Shown one piece after another: positions 58,740-62,000 of a stretch of DNA of 62,000 nucleotides. Under the pieces are notes generated by a model, which saw nothing but the letters and a program-made list of their open reading frames with translations, was not told where the DNA came from and searched no databases. Origin of the DNA: Chiloscyllium plagiosum (taxonomy: Eukaryota). Each line of letters starts with the position of its first letter. Positions within the stretch are counted from its first letter, which is position 1. The stretch is from contig NC_057759.1 of assembly GCF_004010195.1 (NCBI RefSeq), forward strand, positions 5,547,725 through 5,609,724, read 5' to 3'. A program made the translations under genes and the position numbers.

Positions 58740-59670
58740 CCTATACTTGTTGGTTTGTACTGTGTGAATATGACAGTTTCTAGTCTGTAAATGGGATAGT
58801 TTAAATCAATCGGCCATGTCAATTTCTGTATTGTTAAAATGTGAACATAGTTAACAATGTCAACCTGCCATCTTCTGCGAAGTGAACATGTGGGAGTCCA
58901 TATTGAAATGTACCTGTTGCTTTCAGCGACAAGAATGCATGAGTTTAGTTATCAATCTTTTACTGTGAGTTTCTTCTATGTGAATGTATTGATTTAGTTA
59001 TCCATCTGTACTGATGAAGGGCTTTTAAACAAAACATCAATTCTCCTGCTCCTTGGGTGCTTCCTGACCTGCTGTGCTTTTCCAGCACCACACTCCCGAC
59101 TCTAATCTCCAGCATCTGCAGTCCTCACCTTTGTCTATCCGTTTGTACCTGTCAGTTTCTGATCTGTGAATATGGAAGTGTAGTTATTGATGTGTCCATC
59201 AGTTTCTGTAATTTGAATATGACTGTCTAGTTATCTATCTCTCCCAGTCAGTTTCTGTGATGTGAAGATGACAGTCCAATTATCTATCTCTCCCTGTCAG
59301 ATTCTGCTGTGAATATGAGAATGTCATTACCAGTCTATACCTGTCAGCTTTTGCTATGTCAATGTGATTTTAGTTATCAATCTGCCTCATTAGGTTCTAG
59401 GTGAATGTAAAAATGTAGTTATCGATATATACCTGTGAGATTCTGCTCTGGGAATGTGGGTGTTATCAAAATGTACTTGTCAGTTTCTGCAATTTGAATG
59501 TTTGAGTGCAGATTTCAATCTGTACCTGTCAGTTTTTGCAATGCGAATGTGTTTGTGCTATCATCAGTCTATTTCTGACAGCTTCAACTATATGAATGGA
59601 TGAGTGCATCTGTACCTGAAAGTATCTGTACCTGTCAGTTTGTGTTCTGTGAATAAGTGAGTGTACTTAC
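58740..59670. repeat. Degenerate ~48-50 bp minisatellite array
   Basis: Consensus approximately TGTACCTGTCAGTTTCTGCAATGTGAATATGAGAGTGTAGTTATCAATC, more than ten diverged units, interrupted by a PLE-related element at 59011-59130. Confidence 0.8.
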
Positions 59671-59772
59671 ACATTTGTCTCTTTTTAACATGACAGAAAC
59701 TACAGGAGCTCTATTTACTTCAAATCTCTGTTGCTCAACATGAATAAGATTTTATCTATTGCCATCCATATC

Positions 59773-60095
59773 AGGGCGGCATGGTGGCACAGTGGTGCCA
59801 GGGACACAGATTCAATTCCAGCCTTGGTTCATTATCTGTGTACAGTTTGCACATTCTGCCATGAGTTTCCTCTGCGTGCTGTAGTTGCATGGTCCAAACA
59901 TGTGCAGGTTTGCTGGATTAGCCACGGTAAATTGTCCTGTATTATTCAAGGATGTGCAGTGTCAGTGGGTTAACTGTGGTAAACGTGGAGTTATGGGGAT
60001 AGGGTGGGGTCTACATCTGGGTGGGATCCGCTTTAGAGAGTTGTTGCTGGGGGATGGGCCAAATGACCACTGTCTGTACTGGAGAAATTCTATGT
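59773..60095 (+). mobile_element. HE1-type V-SINE, degenerate
   Basis: GGGCGGCATGGTGGCACAGTGG head, deleted body, TGTGCAGGTT...GGGCCAAATG...TTCTATG tail. Confidence 0.8.
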
Positions 60096-60409
60096 ACTGT
60101 AAATGAAAGTAAGACTTTTTCTATCATTGTCAGTCTCCACAGTGTAAAGCACTTTGGATAATTTCCACAACTTTTATTCAATGGTACAGTTTTTGATTGT
60201 AAAGTTATATTCTGAATGTGCATTTTGAATTTATTGTTCACAGGTTTATAACCAGACCACTTTATGAGAGCTTTCTCATTCTGTGTCCAATAACCTCTGG
60301 ATATCTGTCTGAATGTGTACCTTTTCGTGTCAATATTTGATTTCCCTTTGGACAGGTATGATGCTTTGGAAAGTGTGTGTGTGTGTGGGGGGGGGGTGGT
60401 TATGGCTGT

Positions 60410-62000
60410 TCATGCTACGTTCCCCTGAGAATCAAAGTTTCTGGTACTGAGTCTGGCTCTAATGCAACGAGGGGTACATCGGCTTCCAAGAGATCAATTG
60501 TGTGAGGGGATTCTGTAGTCCGAGGTACAGACAGACGTTTCTGTGGCCAGTAGCGATAAAGCAGAATGGTGTGTTGGTTCCCTGGTGCCAGGATCAAGGA
60601 TGTCTCAGAGATGGTGCAGAATGTTCTCATGGGGGAAGAGGGGACAGCAAGAGGTCATTGTCCACATTGGAACCAACAACATAGGAAGGGAAAAGGTTGA
60701 GATTCTGAAGGGAGATTACAAAGAGTTAGGCAGAAATTTAAAAAGTTTACTCCCAGTGTTACAAGCTAGTGAGGGCAGGAATAGGTGGATAGAGCAGATG
60801 AATGCATGGCTGAGGAACTGGTATATGGGGAAGGATTCACATTTTTGGATCATTGGAATCTCTTTTGGGGTAGAAGTGACCTGTACAAGAAGGACGGATT
60901 GCACCTAAATTGGAAGGGGACTAATATACTGGCAAGGCAATTTCCTAGATCTGCTCAGGAGGATTTAAACTAGTAAGGTGGGAACGACGGAAGTAGTGAG
61001 GAAAGCGATCAGTCTGAGACTGGTACAGTTGAGAACAGAAGCGAGTCAAACAGTCAGGGCAAGCAGGGACAAAGTAGGACTAATAAATTAAACTGCATTT
61101 ACTTCAAAGCAAGGGGATTAACAGGGAAAGCAGATGAACTCAGGGCATGGTTAGGAACATGGGACTGGGATATCATAGCAATTACAGAAACATTGCTCAG
61201 GGATGGGCAGGACTGGCAGCTTCATGTTCCAGGATACAAATGCTACAGGAAGGATAGAAAGGGAGGCAAGAGAGGAGGTGTAGTGGCAATTATGATAAGG
61301 GATAGTATTACAGCTGTGCTGAGGGAGGATATTCCTGGAAATACATCTAGGGAAGTTATTTGGGTGGAACTGAGAAATAAGAAAGGGATAATCATCTTAT
61401 TGGGATTGTATTATAGACCCCCGAATAGTCAGAGGGAAATTGAGAATCAAACTTGTAAGGAGATCTCAGCTATCTGTAAGAATAACAGGGTGGTTATGGT
61501 AGGGGTTTTTAACTTTACAAACATAGACTGGGACTGCCATAGTGTTAAGGGTTTAGATGGAGAGCAATTTGTTGAGTACATACAAGACAATTTTCTGATT
61601 CAGTATGTGGATGTATCTACTAGAGAAAGTGCAAAACTTGACGTATTCTTGGGAAATAAGGCAGGGCAGGTGACTGAGGTGTCAGTGGGGGAGCAGCGAC
61701 CATAATTCTATTAGATTTAAAATAGTGATGGAAAAGGATAGACCAGATCTAAAAGTTGAAGTTCTAAATTGGAGAAAGGCCAATTTTGACGGTATTTGGC
61801 AAGAACTTTCGAAAGCTGATTGGAGGCAGATGTTCACAGGTAAAGGGATGGCTGGAAATTGGGAAGCCTTCAGAAATGAGATAACAAGAATCCAGAGAAA
61901 GTATATTCCTGTCAGGGTGAAAGGAAAGGCTGGTAGGTATAGGGAATGCTGAATGACTAAAGAAATTGAGGGTTTGATTAAGAAAAAGAAGGAAGCATAT
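60410..62000 (+). mobile_element. CR1 LINE ORF1 (SGNH esterase-like) and ORF2 APE, disrupted, runs off window
   Basis: GDSVVRGTD, VHIGTNN, DGLHLNWKG (ORF1); IAITET, YYRPPNSQRE, NIDWD (ORF2). Confidence 0.95.

Noticed and set aside
58740..59670. CRISPR-like periodicity
   Set aside because: Vertebrate DNA; units are uniformly diverged with no conserved repeat/unique spacer alternation and no cas genes.

Overview
Vertebrate, repeat-saturated genomic DNA, almost certainly a cartilaginous fish (shark). This is inferred from HE1-type V-SINEs, abundant CR1 LINEs, shark-type Penelope/Tx1 remnants and the H2A/H2B sequences. There are four assembly gaps (11160-11218, 12459-12958, 24006-24438, 46030-46117). 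Most long ORFs in the track are decayed CR1, Penelope or Gypsy coding sequence. Host-derived content: (1) a degraded C2H2 zinc-finger exon near 2.5-3.1 kb; (2) a set of very short, phase-compatible + strand exons from 9.1 to 30.8 kb, not recognisable from the ORF track, that splice into a tyrosine-motif (ITIM-like) cytoplasmic tail of an immune-type receptor, internally duplicated by a ~5 kb segmental duplication and now pseudogenised; (3) a probable spliced, non-coding minus-strand transcript from a CpG/NRF1-type promoter at ~48.5 kb; (4) a replication-dependent histone mini-cluster at 51.7-56.2 kb with one intact H2A, an H4 reduced to its N-terminal tail but keeping promoter and stem-loop, an H2B split in codon 3-4 by a Tx1-like LINE, and an orphan histone-type promoter. 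Three Penelope-related families carry hammerhead-ribozyme cores. A putative solo LTR with 119-bp repeats and a Gmr1-like Gypsy element are also present. All calls are by eye, and repeat boundaries are approximate unless a TSD is quoted.
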